Of a stretch of 64,000 bases of DNA, positions 1 through 12,758 are shown piece by piece (positions within the stretch are counted from its first letter, which is position 1; the number at the start of each line of letters is the position of its first letter). The stretch covers positions 325,376,001 through 325,440,000 of the forward strand of contig OZ024740.1 of NCBI GenBank assembly GCA_964016885.1, read 5' to 3'. The translations under genes and the position numbers were made by a program. This DNA comes from Eledone cirrhosa. Its lineage: Eukaryota. Under the pieces are notes generated by a model that saw only the letters and a list, made by a program, of their open reading frames with translations, searched no databases and was not told where the DNA came from.

Positions 1-84
<84 letters not shown>

Positions 85-185
85 CTCTTGCCGTTTCAGC
101 CAGCAGCTAGTTCCAGACTGTCTGGAACTAGCTTTTGAAACGGAAAGAGCTCAACCGTAGATGTGCCGAATCTTTATTATGTACT

Positions 186-480
186 AGACCACCCATAACC
201 CATTGGGTCACGTTCACTTCAAACTATTTTCTTAAAATCATCTTCACTTCAAAATAATTTTTAAATAATTAAAATATACACAGACATGTATATAATGTTA
301 AATGAAAATGGAAAGGCCCATACATATATACGTGTGTGTATGTATGTATATAAATGTGTGTGTATACATATATGTATGTGTGTGTGTGTATATTTGGGTG
401 TCTATATGCATTGGTCATAGACACACACACACATATACACATATATATATATATATACACACACATTCACACACATACAC
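186..480 (+). repeat. Dispersed repeat copy A (unclassified)
   Basis: GACCACCC..GTCACGTTCACTTCAAA..AAATAATTTTTAAATAATT..CATGTATATAATGT..GGCCCATA recurs colinearly at 2056-2340. Confidence 0.75.
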
Positions 481-1100
481 ACACACACATATATATATAG
501 AGAGAGAGAGAGTGCTTAAATTATTTGTGACTAATCCCCGTCTTTTTTTTTTTTTAACCGCGATAATATTGCTTTTTGCTGAACTCCTTATTGTAGAGTT
601 TTTTCGGAATGTTTTTGACTGTTGTTTCATGTAAACAGACATTCGTCTCATTCTGACGTCACCAGCCCTGTCTCCACATGTGCGTTTTATTTTCATAATT
701 ACGCATGATGTTGAACTAGCCTGCTTTTAAATTCCCTTTTTGGCATATTATAATCAGTGAGATTTTGGTTATCGTGTTGAGCTCTGCTGACGATCGAATC
801 CAACCGTGACCATCCCCACTGAAAGTTTCGTGAAATAGTCTTTTCAAGACTATACAGAGCATTTGTAGTTTTTCCAAATTGAAGGATGAGTATTTTAAAC
901 TTTATTTTATCATGAGTTAAGGCTCTATTGATTTTTCCCTGGATTTCACTAAATTCTGTTGAATGAATCTATATCCTGATTCTTTTTGAATTGAGTTTGA
1001 ATTATTTATCCCACATCTTACGTTAACTATTTCCCCATTTTGACGCTATAGTCACTTATATATTATGAAATACTGTGTGCTTCTTGCTCATAATAATTTC

Positions 1101-1154
<54 letters not shown>

Positions 1155-1157
<3 letters not shown>

Positions 1158-1537
1158 TAAAACATGTCTATAGAATCACCAGATTAGAGCAAACTCCTGA
1201 AGAGTCCGATGCTCGAATTTTCGAAGTTATTGGAAATCTCAAAATGCGGACAAAACCATGGTAGAGGTAAATAAATGTATTCTCTTTTCTCCTAGTTTAT
1301 TTTACACCTAATTCTGTTTAATTGACTGTATATCTGGCGATTACGCTGTCGAAATATTCGATAAATATTCCGTCGCAGCCGACGCGAAGGGCTAGTTTCG
1401 GTTATTTGTTGGAGATTTCTTCATTGAAGCCTTATTTTTATAGCCTGGTCTATTAGATTTTTATATAGTTAATTATGCTAATTGGGAGAGGAAATGGTAT
1501 ATATTTTATCTGGTGATTCTATAGACATGTTTTATGA
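1155..1537. mobile_element. Short hammerhead-carrying element with 30-bp perfect inverted ends, flanked by TA
   Basis: 1155-1184 TCATAAAACATGTCTATAGAATCACCAGAT is the exact reverse complement of 1508-1537; TA repeats on both sides. Confidence 0.7.
1194..1266 (+). ncRNA. Minimal type I hammerhead ribozyme motif, G12>A mutated
   Basis: CTC-CTGAAGA-GTCCG..CGGAC-AAAA(for GAAA)-CCATGGTA-GAG; helix I CTC/GAG, palindromic helix III ACCATGGT, AATAAA just downstream. Confidence 0.65.
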
Positions 1538-1648
1538 TATATAGCTCTGATTATGTAACTTAGTAACTTTTCATTGAGCCACAAAGTGACCCGTTGCAAA
1601 ACACGTATATGTATGTATGTATCTATATATATATATATATATGTAAAC

Positions 1649-1741
<93 letters not shown>

Positions 1742-2055
1742 CAACAACACCAGCTCTTTCATTCTCCTTCTCTGTCCCCTCTCCCTCTCTCTCTATGTCC
1801 CTCTTGAATCTACTCTGTCACAACCACTATCTCTTCCTCTTCATCTTTCTCTCTCTCTATTTGAGAAGGTACACAGAAAAACCCCATATATCGGGAACCC
1901 GTGGTCCGATTTACGCGAAACTTGTTTTATTCCATTTGTATACCCATTTTAGGGTCAACTTCCTTTCAAAGTATTTTCCCATTATGCGCCCTTTTGGCTG
2001 TATTACATTACAGACAAACAAGCAAAAGCAATCTCAGAGTTTTAGTAGTATACTC

Positions 2056-2221
2056 GACCACCCGTTGAGTCACGTTCACTTCAAAATATTTTTTTTTAAT
2101 TATGTTCACTTAAAAATAATTTTTAAATAATTTAGATTATACTCACACATGTATATAATGTGAAATGAAACTGGAAGGCCCATATATATACGTGTGCGCG
2201 TATGTGATTGTGTGTATACAT

Positions 2222-2257
<36 letters not shown>

Positions 2258-2340
2258 GTGGGGCGGGGGGGGTCTGTGATCTATATACACTGGTCATGGA
2301 CACACACATATATATATATATACACACGCACACACACACT
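2056..2340 (+). repeat. Dispersed repeat copy B (unclassified)
   Basis: Colinear with 186-480. Confidence 0.75.
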
Positions 2341-2341
2341 C

Positions 2342-2444
<103 letters not shown>

Positions 2445-2470
2445 TATGTATAGACTGACAGGAAGTTATA

Positions 2471-2511
2471 CGGTGCTGACGATAGCTAATAAGCTAGAAA
2501 CTAGTTCATCG
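2471..2511 (+). ncRNA. Minimal type I hammerhead ribozyme motif, intact core
   Basis: CGGTG-CTGACGA-TAGCT(AATA)AGCTA-GAAA-CTAGTT-CATCG; helix I CGGTG/CATCG, helix II TAGCT/AGCTA, palindromic ACTAGT, GUU site. Confidence 0.8.
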
Positions 2512-2768
2512 TTCCTTTGTCAGTGTTGAACAAAAGGGCAACGATGGTTGCCGAACACTGTATGGCTTAATTCGGGCTGTTTGTTTACAAACAAACCGAA
2601 TATTATACTAAATGTTCTGTAAACCCAAACGTACATATATATATATATATATGTGTGTGCATGTATGCATATACATACTACTGTACGTCTGTATACATAT
2701 ATTTCATTTCTCACTCTTAGTACGGCTGATACTTAAATATAAGTATGTATACGTAAATACATATATGT

Positions 2769-2772
<4 letters not shown>
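2471..2772 (+). mobile_element. Penelope-like-derived non-autonomous element, family shared with 38637-39113
   Basis: 2476-2700 matches 38809-39030; 2701-2772 matches the 3' part of that copy in inverted orientation. Confidence 0.65.
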
Positions 2773-2854
<82 letters not shown>

Positions 2855-2939
2855 AAAGTTATATTTAAAATTGTTGGGTTACAACTAGTAAATATTTATA
2901 ACTGGTATAAAAGCACTCGACAAATATTTGGAGTATATT

Positions 2940-3309
2940 TACAATATTAAATAAATGGAAAACTATATTTATAAAACCATATTTATTTCATTATATATAT
3001 TTCGGGGATATCATATTAACAATATGCTATGCCTTCATCAGACAAAATACAATATAAACAGTTTTATAGACAAATATGTTCGACATACCGTTATAACACC
3101 GACTTCATTTGAAGAGGTTTAACACAGCCAGAGTAAACCTCTTCAAATGAAGTCGGTGTTATAACGGTATGTCGAACATATTTGTCTATAAAACTGTTTA
3201 TATTGTATTTTGTCTGATGAAGGCATAGCATATTGTTTATATGATATCCCCGAAATATATATAATGAAATAAATATGGTTTTATAAATATAGTTTTCCAT
3301 TTATTTAAT

Positions 3310-3315
<6 letters not shown>
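2940..3315. repeat. Fold-back palindrome with ~182-bp arms carrying two divergent hammerhead-like motifs
   Basis: 2940-3121 is the near-exact reverse complement of 3134-3315, 12-bp spacer; CTGATGA 3214 ... GAAA 3252 on + and the mirror copy on -; right arm runs into (TA)n. Confidence 0.9.
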
Positions 3316-3390
<75 letters not shown>

Positions 3391-3567
3391 TAAGTAAGAA
3401 AAAAAATTTTTTTAAATTTTTTTAAAAAATATTTTCTTATTTTACGTCCTTTATATTATTGTTCTGCATTCTCCTGCATTGAACCACCTAGGTACTATGA
3501 CATAACCTGTGTATTTGCTGGCATGGGCGTGCATCTGTGCGCTTATGTTAGTTGATATATTAAATTA

Positions 3568-3640
<73 letters not shown>

Positions 3641-4729
3641 GGCTTATAATAATTTCACCATTTTAGTGTATGAACTATGATTAAACTTGTTTGTTGGTAG
3701 TACGAATTGAACCCGTAATCTTGCTATCTAAATAAATGAACTTTTAACAACACTCGTTCAATCTTTCTTCATATTTTCTTTCATGTGGGAGCTATCGTTT
3801 GGATGTGTCCTCACAACAAAGAGACGATGTTAGATGTTAGATGTAAGTATTGTATGATAATGTCAATTTTCTTTTCGTCTTCACTCAACCATGGAAAGTA
3901 TGATCGCTTCAGAACTGGCAATCACAGATTATAAATTATCGATTACTGTACTGAAAATCACCCATTGATAATAATATATAATAAATGAATAAGAAAATGG
4001 CAATCAGGACGTGTAGAATAGAAACCGATTGGTGCCGTTCTTCTAAAACTTATTTAATTTTTTTCTCTCTCAACATTCCGGTTTTATCTTCCGACTATCA
4101 GTCTGCCAACATGACAATCAAAGAACTTTTGTTTTGGTGCATCATTTTTTGGCTTTTGAGTAGTACCTACAGAGAGAAACACATACATACATACATACTT
4201 ACATACGTACGTACATAAATACATACATACATACATACATACATACATACATACATAGATACATACATACATACATACATACATGTATTTATGTATGTAT
4301 TCATGTATGTATGTACGTACGTATGTATGCATGTGTGCATGCATGTATGTATATATGTATATATTTATGTAGGTATGTGTGTATGTGTGTACGTATGTAT
4401 TCCTGCATGTATGTATGTCTGTATGTATGTATGTATGTATTTATGTATGTATATACATATATGTATATACGTATATATGTATATACGTATACGTATTTAT
4501 GAGGAGATAGAGACAGGGCGATGTGGTGGAGGAGAAATGATGCGCCTACGTAGATTAACGCGGTCAGTCGTTCTATGGGGAAGATTCAGGCAACGGTGAC
4601 CGTGTCGTCTTAGTGTTATTATTTACACGGAAATGATATGACCGCCATTACAATTATGCACCGAGTGGCTCCTAATTGAAGTTTTATGGCTTCGTTTTCA
4701 ATCCCTGTGGCCTCAACACAAAATAGCAT

Positions 4730-4827
<98 letters not shown>

Positions 4828-5260
4828 TCTGTGAGTCTGTGAGTCTGTGTTTGTGTGTGTGTGGATGTAGACAAGCTGGCGGCCAACGTTCAATGACATA
4901 CTCACTTAACGAAATCTGCATATTACCCCCGCCTTTAAATAGATATCTCATTTGAATAAATGACTGCTATATTTCTCTCCCTAATAGTTTCTATGTATTT
5001 TAGTTATTGTTTGATAAATGCACTATTAAATCTAGCTTACTTACGAATACACCATACATATCAATTCGCAAACATACACGACAGACACATACATACACAC
5101 ACACACATACATGCATACATACTTACATATATACATACATTCAAACATACACATATACATACACACATACATACATACATACATACATACATACATACAT
5201 ACATACATACATACATACATACATACATACATACACACATACATACATACACACACACAT

Positions 5261-5778
5261 GATGGCTGACCCCTCGTTATCGAGTATGGCCATTGCATGA
5301 TATACCATTATTAATAATTATTAATTAATTCTATCGTGCAATGTCTGTGCGTGAAGATATTTTTTAAAGTGAGGAAAGACTGTGCACTGAGCCAATCCCA
5401 CTCTCTGAGTGACAGTAGCTATAACCCGAAAAGAAGAAAAGGTCAAAATCATCTGTAACAACTGAGCCGCATGTTTTATATCGGAGTTATCCCAGTTTCC
5501 TGAGTTGCCTTCTCCTAGAAGAATGCCCTGACAAAGGCTAGGGCTCCTTCACTCCCAGTGGTTTAACCGCGCGTATATACATATTTACACACTTTTGGAT
5601 GGCCGTTGATTCTTATGAGTTCTTCTGCCCTTTGTCAGGTTTTGTTTTTTGTCATGCAGGGTGTCCAAAATAACCCTCCTCACCAAGTAAACTTGGTGGG
5701 GTTGCCGGTTTAGTCGCCGACCATGCGACAGGTTGTACTGGGTTACATGTTACCAGTAGCACTCAAGAGTGACCCGAC
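5261..5778 (-). mobile_element. RTE-derived non-autonomous retroelement in (ATGT)n
   Basis: Minus-strand 5' part GTCGGGTCA..GCTACTGGTAACATGT..GGCGACTAAACCGGCAACCCCACC matches 19496 copy; 3' end TGGCCATACTCGATAACGAG..CAGCCATC; ATAC repeats on both flanks. Confidence 0.75.
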
Positions 5779-7029
5779 ATACATACATACATACATATAT
5801 ACATACATACATATATACATACATACATACCATATCTCGTATAATAATGCCCTCAAACAAATCAGCACAATACTTCATGCGCATATCCATATACAACGCA
5901 CTGACACACACAAACACTAGCACAGAAAGAAGCACAGACTCACAAACACACACACTGTTTCATACATACAGACATACGTACACTATCTCATACATTATAA
6001 AGTACTCAAATAAAACAACACACTTATACCCACACACATTAATATTGTAGAAGCATATTCTTTGTAGAAGAATATTCATTGTTTTGGAGCAGGTATTATT
6101 TAGATAATAACTAATTTCTTATATTGCGCAATAGAAGCGGTTTACAATAATGCCTTGTTCATATTCTGGTATTAATGGTGGAAATAGGGATAAATGTTTA
6201 AGAATTGAACGCAAAATATATTGAAACAAACCATAAAAATCACTAATATTAGACTACATAAACATTACAATAAAAACCGCGGTATCAATTACTTTCTAAA
6301 ATCCTCTAATATCTCTGACTGGATAACAATGGAAAAGTCTGTATCTCTGCTATTAAATAAACTACTAACGACCAATGGGATTTACAAATTTGATTTCAGA
6401 CGTTAAACATACAGAGATTTGATGTAAACTTGAAACTTGTAAACCTAACGACTCCAACTACAATATTGGCTATAGAAGTATGACACCACTCTGCTACTAT
6501 CTTTCCATGTATTTACACCAAGAAGAAATAGCAGCCAGTAATGTGAGGGAGGTTAGGATTGGGGATTGGCCATACAAGTACAACACACTGCTGCCGTCTA
6601 ATGAAACACAACAAGAAGGAAAGTAGCCAAGACGAGAAAGTCACCAAAAGACCGGAGATTGTTAAAAGACTGAAATGCATGGTTGCAATATGAAACTCGA
6701 TGGTTCACCACCGAAAAATAAAGCCAGTCCATCCAACGGGTTTCTGTTTACACAATTTCAATCACAAGGCTTATGTGGGATAAGGATATTGAGAACGCAA
6801 ACATAGCTGAGTAGATAAGAATTTCGCATGAAAATCATAAGGAACTGGGTTGAATTCCATTGCGTGGCGTCTTTACCACAGCCTCGGGTCGACCCAAGCC
6901 ACGTAAGTAAAATTGGAGGATGTAAAGAAACATTCAAATTAAAAGAATAATAGGGTTGTAGTTAAAATAGCAGATAAATGTGTGGTCACATTTAGAGCCT
7001 GTTGGCTTCGAGCGCAGCGACCGTAGGCA

Positions 7030-7200
7030 CCTGTTCAAGGAGATAATTCTATAATCTGGGATGATACAGATTGTGAAGAGGATATTTAATTAAAGGAAAG
7101 AACGCTGTGAAGTGGATTGTCTGATGCAGTGGGTATCGCTGTCTATTCTCCATGGCAATGATTTAGCCATCTTGTCCAAAGCGACTCACAGCTCAGATGT
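7030..7200 (+). mobile_element. CRE-like non-LTR retrotransposon 3' remnant
   Basis: 7109-7180 translates EVDCLMQWVSLSILHGNDLAILSK, resembling the CRE RLE C-terminal motif E..L.QR.S.AI.RGNA..L. Confidence 0.45.
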
Positions 7201-8061
7201 ACCACCTACCCAAGGATATAGAGTTAGCACCCACCCATTCATTACCCTTTTCTTATACTCCTTTTTTTTTCTTTTTTTCCTCTTTTCGTGATTGTAAATA
7301 TTTACAACTGGCTAAGAATGTTTTACTCAATAAAATTAATTATGTAATATGTAAGATTTTAGCACGATCGGTTCCCATCTTGACAGTGACAGAAATAGCT
7401 TTGTTGTCACACTTGTTACAGACACAGAACACGAAATACGTCCATTCTGAACGCATACAAAATAGTAGATAATGTGGGGAAAACCGCAGTTGCTGATTGT
7501 ATTTTTCATAACTTTAGCTTTATATGTCAATAGGTGCACGTGTATGAGTGTGTCTGGCTCTGTTCGATTAAGGCCCGAGATCGATTCCACCACGTAGTAT
7601 CTTGGGTAGTTGTAATTTACCATATCATCAGGTCAACTAATTCCTTATGAGTAAAAGTGTTTAGAAGGAAATCGTTTGGAAGTCTATCGGATGGACTGTG
7701 CCAGAAATTCAAAATATCAGCCATGTCACTTACAGTGTCACACTGAATCTCCCTGACAATTACGTTAAAGGTACTCATGTCTGTCGAATGCTCAGCTACT
7801 GACAGGTTGATTTCATGAGTAGGCTGTTCCGTTGAGCGAACAACTGAAACACTCACCGTCGAAACGGACATAGGTCCAATACGTTTCATATGGTTGTGTG
7901 ATGTATGTGTCTGTGGTGTATGTGTGAGTGAGTGTATACGTATATGGTTCTGTGAGTGTGTGGTGTGTGCGTGTGTGTATCAGTGACGTGCGTGTTTGTA
8001 CTGGTCTAAGGGATTACCTATACACACGCACACAGACACACACACATACATATATATATAT

Positions 8062-8092
<31 letters not shown>

Positions 8093-8104
8093 CTTATATC
8101 TATA

Positions 8105-8238
<134 letters not shown>

Positions 8239-8604
8239 TTAATATGAATGTATAAACACTGTTTAAAAGATATCCAATTCTGGATATTTAAGAGACAAAT
8301 ATATATATTGAAGACGAGAGTGCAACAAAATGGTTGTCGAACATTTCCAGTTAAAAATGACGACAGAAACAAAGACAAACACAATACCAGACAAACAAGG
8401 GAGTTAATAGTAGTAGAAAGAAGGGAAACTAGAAATGAATTGGAATAAGGGGAGATTGGAGGAATATAAATGAAAAAATAAGAACAAAACAATACGGCTT
8501 CCAAATATGTCATAAAAATCATCATATGAAAATAGAAGCATATATGTTGTATAATATATATTGAAAAGTGAATAAGTAGAGAGAAAGATAGCGCGTTAGA
8601 TAAG

Positions 8605-8670
<66 letters not shown>

Positions 8671-8964
8671 AACGAATCGAATATTATTATTATTCGATAT
8701 AAAACACACTAATATATATATTCTAATAAGACTTTCTGTTTTGCATCCCTGTGTTTGTGTTGTTATGTGCTTAACGTATATATATATATATACATATATG
8801 TGTGTGGGTATGTGTATGATTGATAGACAGATAGAGATATATATACAAACATACGTATGTTACATGTACACATAATACTGACATACATACAGAGAGAAGG
8901 AGGAAACAGAGAGAGAAGAGAGGAGAGAGTGAGAGAGAATGAGAAAGAGAGAGTGAGTGATAAT

Positions 8965-9018
<54 letters not shown>

Positions 9019-9769
9019 GAGAGAGAGAGAGAGAGAGAAATGGAAAGAAGAACGTTAATTTACGGGATGATAACAATAGCAAGAAGAGTTTTAACGCTAC
9101 GTAATGGATGCCTAAATGTGGAGGGTTGTTGCCGTGGGTAAACCATATTATGTAATACGGTGGTACGTCAGTTACACTGAAGACATAACTGTCCAATGAG
9201 ATTCATAATAAACGAGACAAAAACAAACGTACTTCAATGATTTTCTTGTAGATCAGAAAAAATAGTGAAAAACGCATGAAAACACACAAATGCGAATGCC
9301 ATTTTGTTTTGTTTGTTTTTTTCACTTAACGACACATCCCATTCATTTTTGCTTGGTTTTGTTTTCACTTAGATATAGAGTTTCTGGTGAAATCTTTGAA
9401 CAAAAAAGAACGACTTAAAGCACAGGAACGTTTTGGTTTTTATTTTTCTTTGACAAGAGAAAAGAATTATAAAGATGTTAAGCCGAAAGAAAAGTGTTAC
9501 AATAATGTTTTGTAGTTCAGTTTATGTCGTTTTTCACTTGTTTCTTCTTCTTCTTCTTCTTCTTCTTCTTCTTCTTCTTCTTCTTCTTCTTCTTTTCTTT
9601 TTCTCCCCCCCTCCTCCTCTTCTGGTTCCTCATACTACTTCCGGCTACCTTTAACACTCGTTCTTCTCGTTGCATCCAAACATAATTTTGCCGCCACTTA
9701 TTACCATTATTTCCTTCCTACTCTCGCTCCTTTCTCCTCTTCTTTCTCTCCTCCTTTCCCTCTATTTTG

Positions 9770-9874
<105 letters not shown>

Positions 9875-9997
9875 TGTGTGTGTATGTGTGTGCGTGCGTG
9901 TGTGTGTCTGTGTGTGTGTGGGTGTGTATAATTTATACAAAACAAATTTTACTTTACATATACGTACAGGGTGCATTGCCAATTAACGTTAAGTACA

Positions 9998-10066
<69 letters not shown>

Positions 10067-10488
10067 AATCTACCAAAATAAACGGTTGTGTCCAATCCGT
10101 ATGAAGAACTCAATGTAATCCAAATATAGAATATATCAGGAAAAGAGAAAATGCATTCAAAATTTAACGATAAAAATCATAGGAAAACAGAGTCAAGATA
10201 AATGATCATTTCTGGAGATGGCATGTATATGTGAAGGTATGTATATCTCCTCTGATAATTTGTAATATTTTTTTACATAGATCTTTAATATGATATACAT
10301 ACCAACACACATATATATCCCAGAAACGATCGTAAAATGATGTTTTTTTCAATATAAAGAACCTGTTCTTTGTTTTTATTTCATTGTTTTTATTAATTTA
10401 TATATATATATAACACAAATAACAACACAATCGGTACTGTATATGGAAGGGATATATTAGGTTAACGCTTGATATAGCAGGAAGAGGG

Positions 10489-10524
10489 TCTTAACGTTTC
10501 GGACGCTAGTCCTTCATCAGAAGA
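10489..10524 (-). ncRNA. Minimal hammerhead ribozyme motif, intact core
   Basis: Minus strand TCTT-CTGATGA-A-GGAC(TAGC)GTCC-GAAAC-GTT-AAGA; helix I TCTT/AAGA; flanks homologous to 23407-23540 and 38441-38570. Confidence 0.8.
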
Positions 10525-10754
10525 AAGAATGAGAAATAAAATAGGTTGAGGGGACGACCGGGATGTAATAGGAAAAAATGTCTTTAGATAAAAATAACCG
10601 GTCCATTCATGTTGACATCTCTTGCAAAACTGTTGGTGCTGGCGTTTTGTGTATGATTTGTTTTTTAGAAAAGTGGATGATGGAACGCGTCTACCTGAAA
10701 TGGAGAAAAAACGTTTTGTAAAAAGTACTATACTTGAGCATGTGCGTAAGCATG

Positions 10755-10860
<106 letters not shown>

Positions 10861-11231
10861 AGGTTCGTACGAAGGTAAGAAGAAATTATGTGTATATGTG
10901 AGTAAAAGAGTGTGTGTGCATGTAAGTACGAAGCTATGAGCAAAACTATGTTAATATAAAGGTGTGTATCGGCATGTATTATTTGGAAGAGAAGCTGCTA
11001 ATTATCAAGAGAAAGCGATCTGAATTTAGGGGTGTGATAATGGACGGGATATTAGAGAAATTGGGGAGGTGAGTTGAGTCCAAGAGGGGGAATAGGACCC
11101 AAGACGGTGAATCAGACTTTGTTCAGTCCTGGTGGACGAAGCCTGTGAGTGATCCATGATGTAAAAGGACACCCACGACTGAAACATGTAGGGAAGAATG
11201 ACCAGGAGAACAGAAATGACGGGCGACAGGA

Positions 11232-11294
<63 letters not shown>

Positions 11295-11426
11295 AGACGG
11301 CGTGCGCTGTGACCAGCGGCGCCGAATGGACGCCCGACAGACTAGTCGGTCAAGGTGATCAAGGTGATATATATATATATATATATAATATACGATCAAA
11401 AGATGGTTAAAAGAGTTCCAAGTATT

Positions 11427-11489
11427 TTATTGTGCGCATTTCAAAAACAAATATCATCATGAGATGATATCTGCGTTTTCATCAGATAA
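11427..11489 (-). ncRNA. Degenerate hammerhead motif with extended helix II
   Basis: Minus strand CTGATGA-AAAC..GATATCATC(TCAT)GATGATATT..GTTT-GAAA-TGCGCAC-AATAAA. Confidence 0.45.
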
Positions 11490-11614
11490 AATAGGGATAC
11501 ATGATATGAAGGTTAACAAACACTTGTGAATAGTGAAATTTTAAATCAACATATCAACCAATCTACTTATCCGATATTTGCGTTGCTTTATTGTACTACT
11601 GTACACTGCTGGGA

Positions 11615-12050
11615 CACTGAACGAAGAAGAGAGAGAGATAATTTTATATATGTTATATATTTATGGAAGATCGTGGAAGGATATGTTTCAAATATCGGCA
11701 TTAATAAGAATTTTAACACAGGAACTGGTAGTTACTGTCACTTTCCAAATATACCACCTTAGAAATCGCTGGCGATAACACTCGATTGTACCAGTCTTAT
11801 CGTTAGAGGTCCTCGTTTGCTCAACAGGCTACCAAAAGAATACAGAAACATCAGAGGAACTGCTGTTGAAGGCATTACATGAACTGCTACCGGAGTATCC
11901 AATTAATTATTCAGGGATACACTCAGTGAAGATCAGCTGCTACAAATTTAATTATAAAACTACAATAAAACTACAACAAAACCGAAAGATAATGAATTAA
12001 AGCTGTGCTCCAGCATGACCGTAGTCCTACGACTGAAGAAACTAAAAGTA
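11615..12050 (+). mobile_element. Old CR1/L2-like LINE 3' remnant
   Basis: ERRRERDNFIYVIYLWKIVEGYVSN resembles CR1-type QRRRERY.IIY.WKI.EG.V.N; GPRLLNRLPKEYRNI at ~11808; 3' tail CTCCAGCATGACCGTAGTC. Confidence 0.55.
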
Positions 12051-12133
12051 TTAAAAAAAAAGAATATATATGAATGTATGTGTGTGTGTATATGTTTATA
12101 TGCATGTATGTATGAATGTATGTACGTATGTAT

Positions 12134-12263
12134 GTGCACAGTCTTTCCTCACTTTAAAAAATATCTTCACGCACAGGCATTGCACGTTAGAATTAATTAA
12201 TAATTATTAATAATGGTATATCATGCAATGGCCATACTCGATAACGAGGGAGCAGCCATCACC
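12134..12263 (+). mobile_element. 5'-truncated RTE-derived element with (ATGT)n at the 3' junction
   Basis: Near-identical to the reverse complement of 5261-5387; followed by ATGTATGTATGT. Confidence 0.8.
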
Positions 12264-12284
12264 ATGTATGTATGTATGTCGACA

Positions 12285-12484
12285 GTCAAATCAGACCGAG
12301 GAAACAATGTTTCCGTTGGTCTTTCCAATTGCTAATATTCTCTATCGGTCGCAACTCCAGGTAGAAGGAGCAACGTGAAATAAAGTATCTTGCTCAAGGG
12401 CATAACGCATCACCTGGTCCAGGAATCGAACTCACATCCCCACGATTGCGAATCCAATTCTCTTACCAGTCAGCCGCGCACCTG
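12285..12484 (-). mobile_element. tRNA-derived SINE
   Basis: Reverse complement of the 46728-46928 family; B-box GAGTTCGATTCC, CCTTGAGCAAGATACTTT core. Confidence 0.85.
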
Positions 12485-12493
12485 TGTATTTTG

Positions 12494-12625
12494 GGGTCGT
12501 TGGCGACTATACTGGAAACCCCAACTACACTTACTTCGTGGGGCGGGTGATTTTGGACACTCTGCGTGATGAAATCCGAGAGCGTCAAAGGGCGGAGGAA
12601 ATCAGGCGAGTCAACGGCCATCTCA
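12494..12625 (+). mobile_element. Diverged 5' fragment of the RTE-derived element
   Basis: GGGTCGTTGGCGACTA..TTTTGGACAC..GTCAAAGGGC..GAGTCAACGGCCATC as in 19554-19682. Confidence 0.7.
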
Positions 12626-12758
12626 TAATTCTTTTTTGTTTTTTTTAGGGAGGGGGGGGGGGGTGAAGTGAGAGACCCCTAGTCATCAATAAGATATTAA
12701 CTTATGTTATAGTTATATTTTTTTAACGGTTAAAGTGAGAGAGCCAGTTTCTAATACA

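Noticed and set aside
7617-7889. 90-aa non-repetitive ORF as host exon
   Set aside because: No recognisable motif; its 3' part looks like a decayed SINE body
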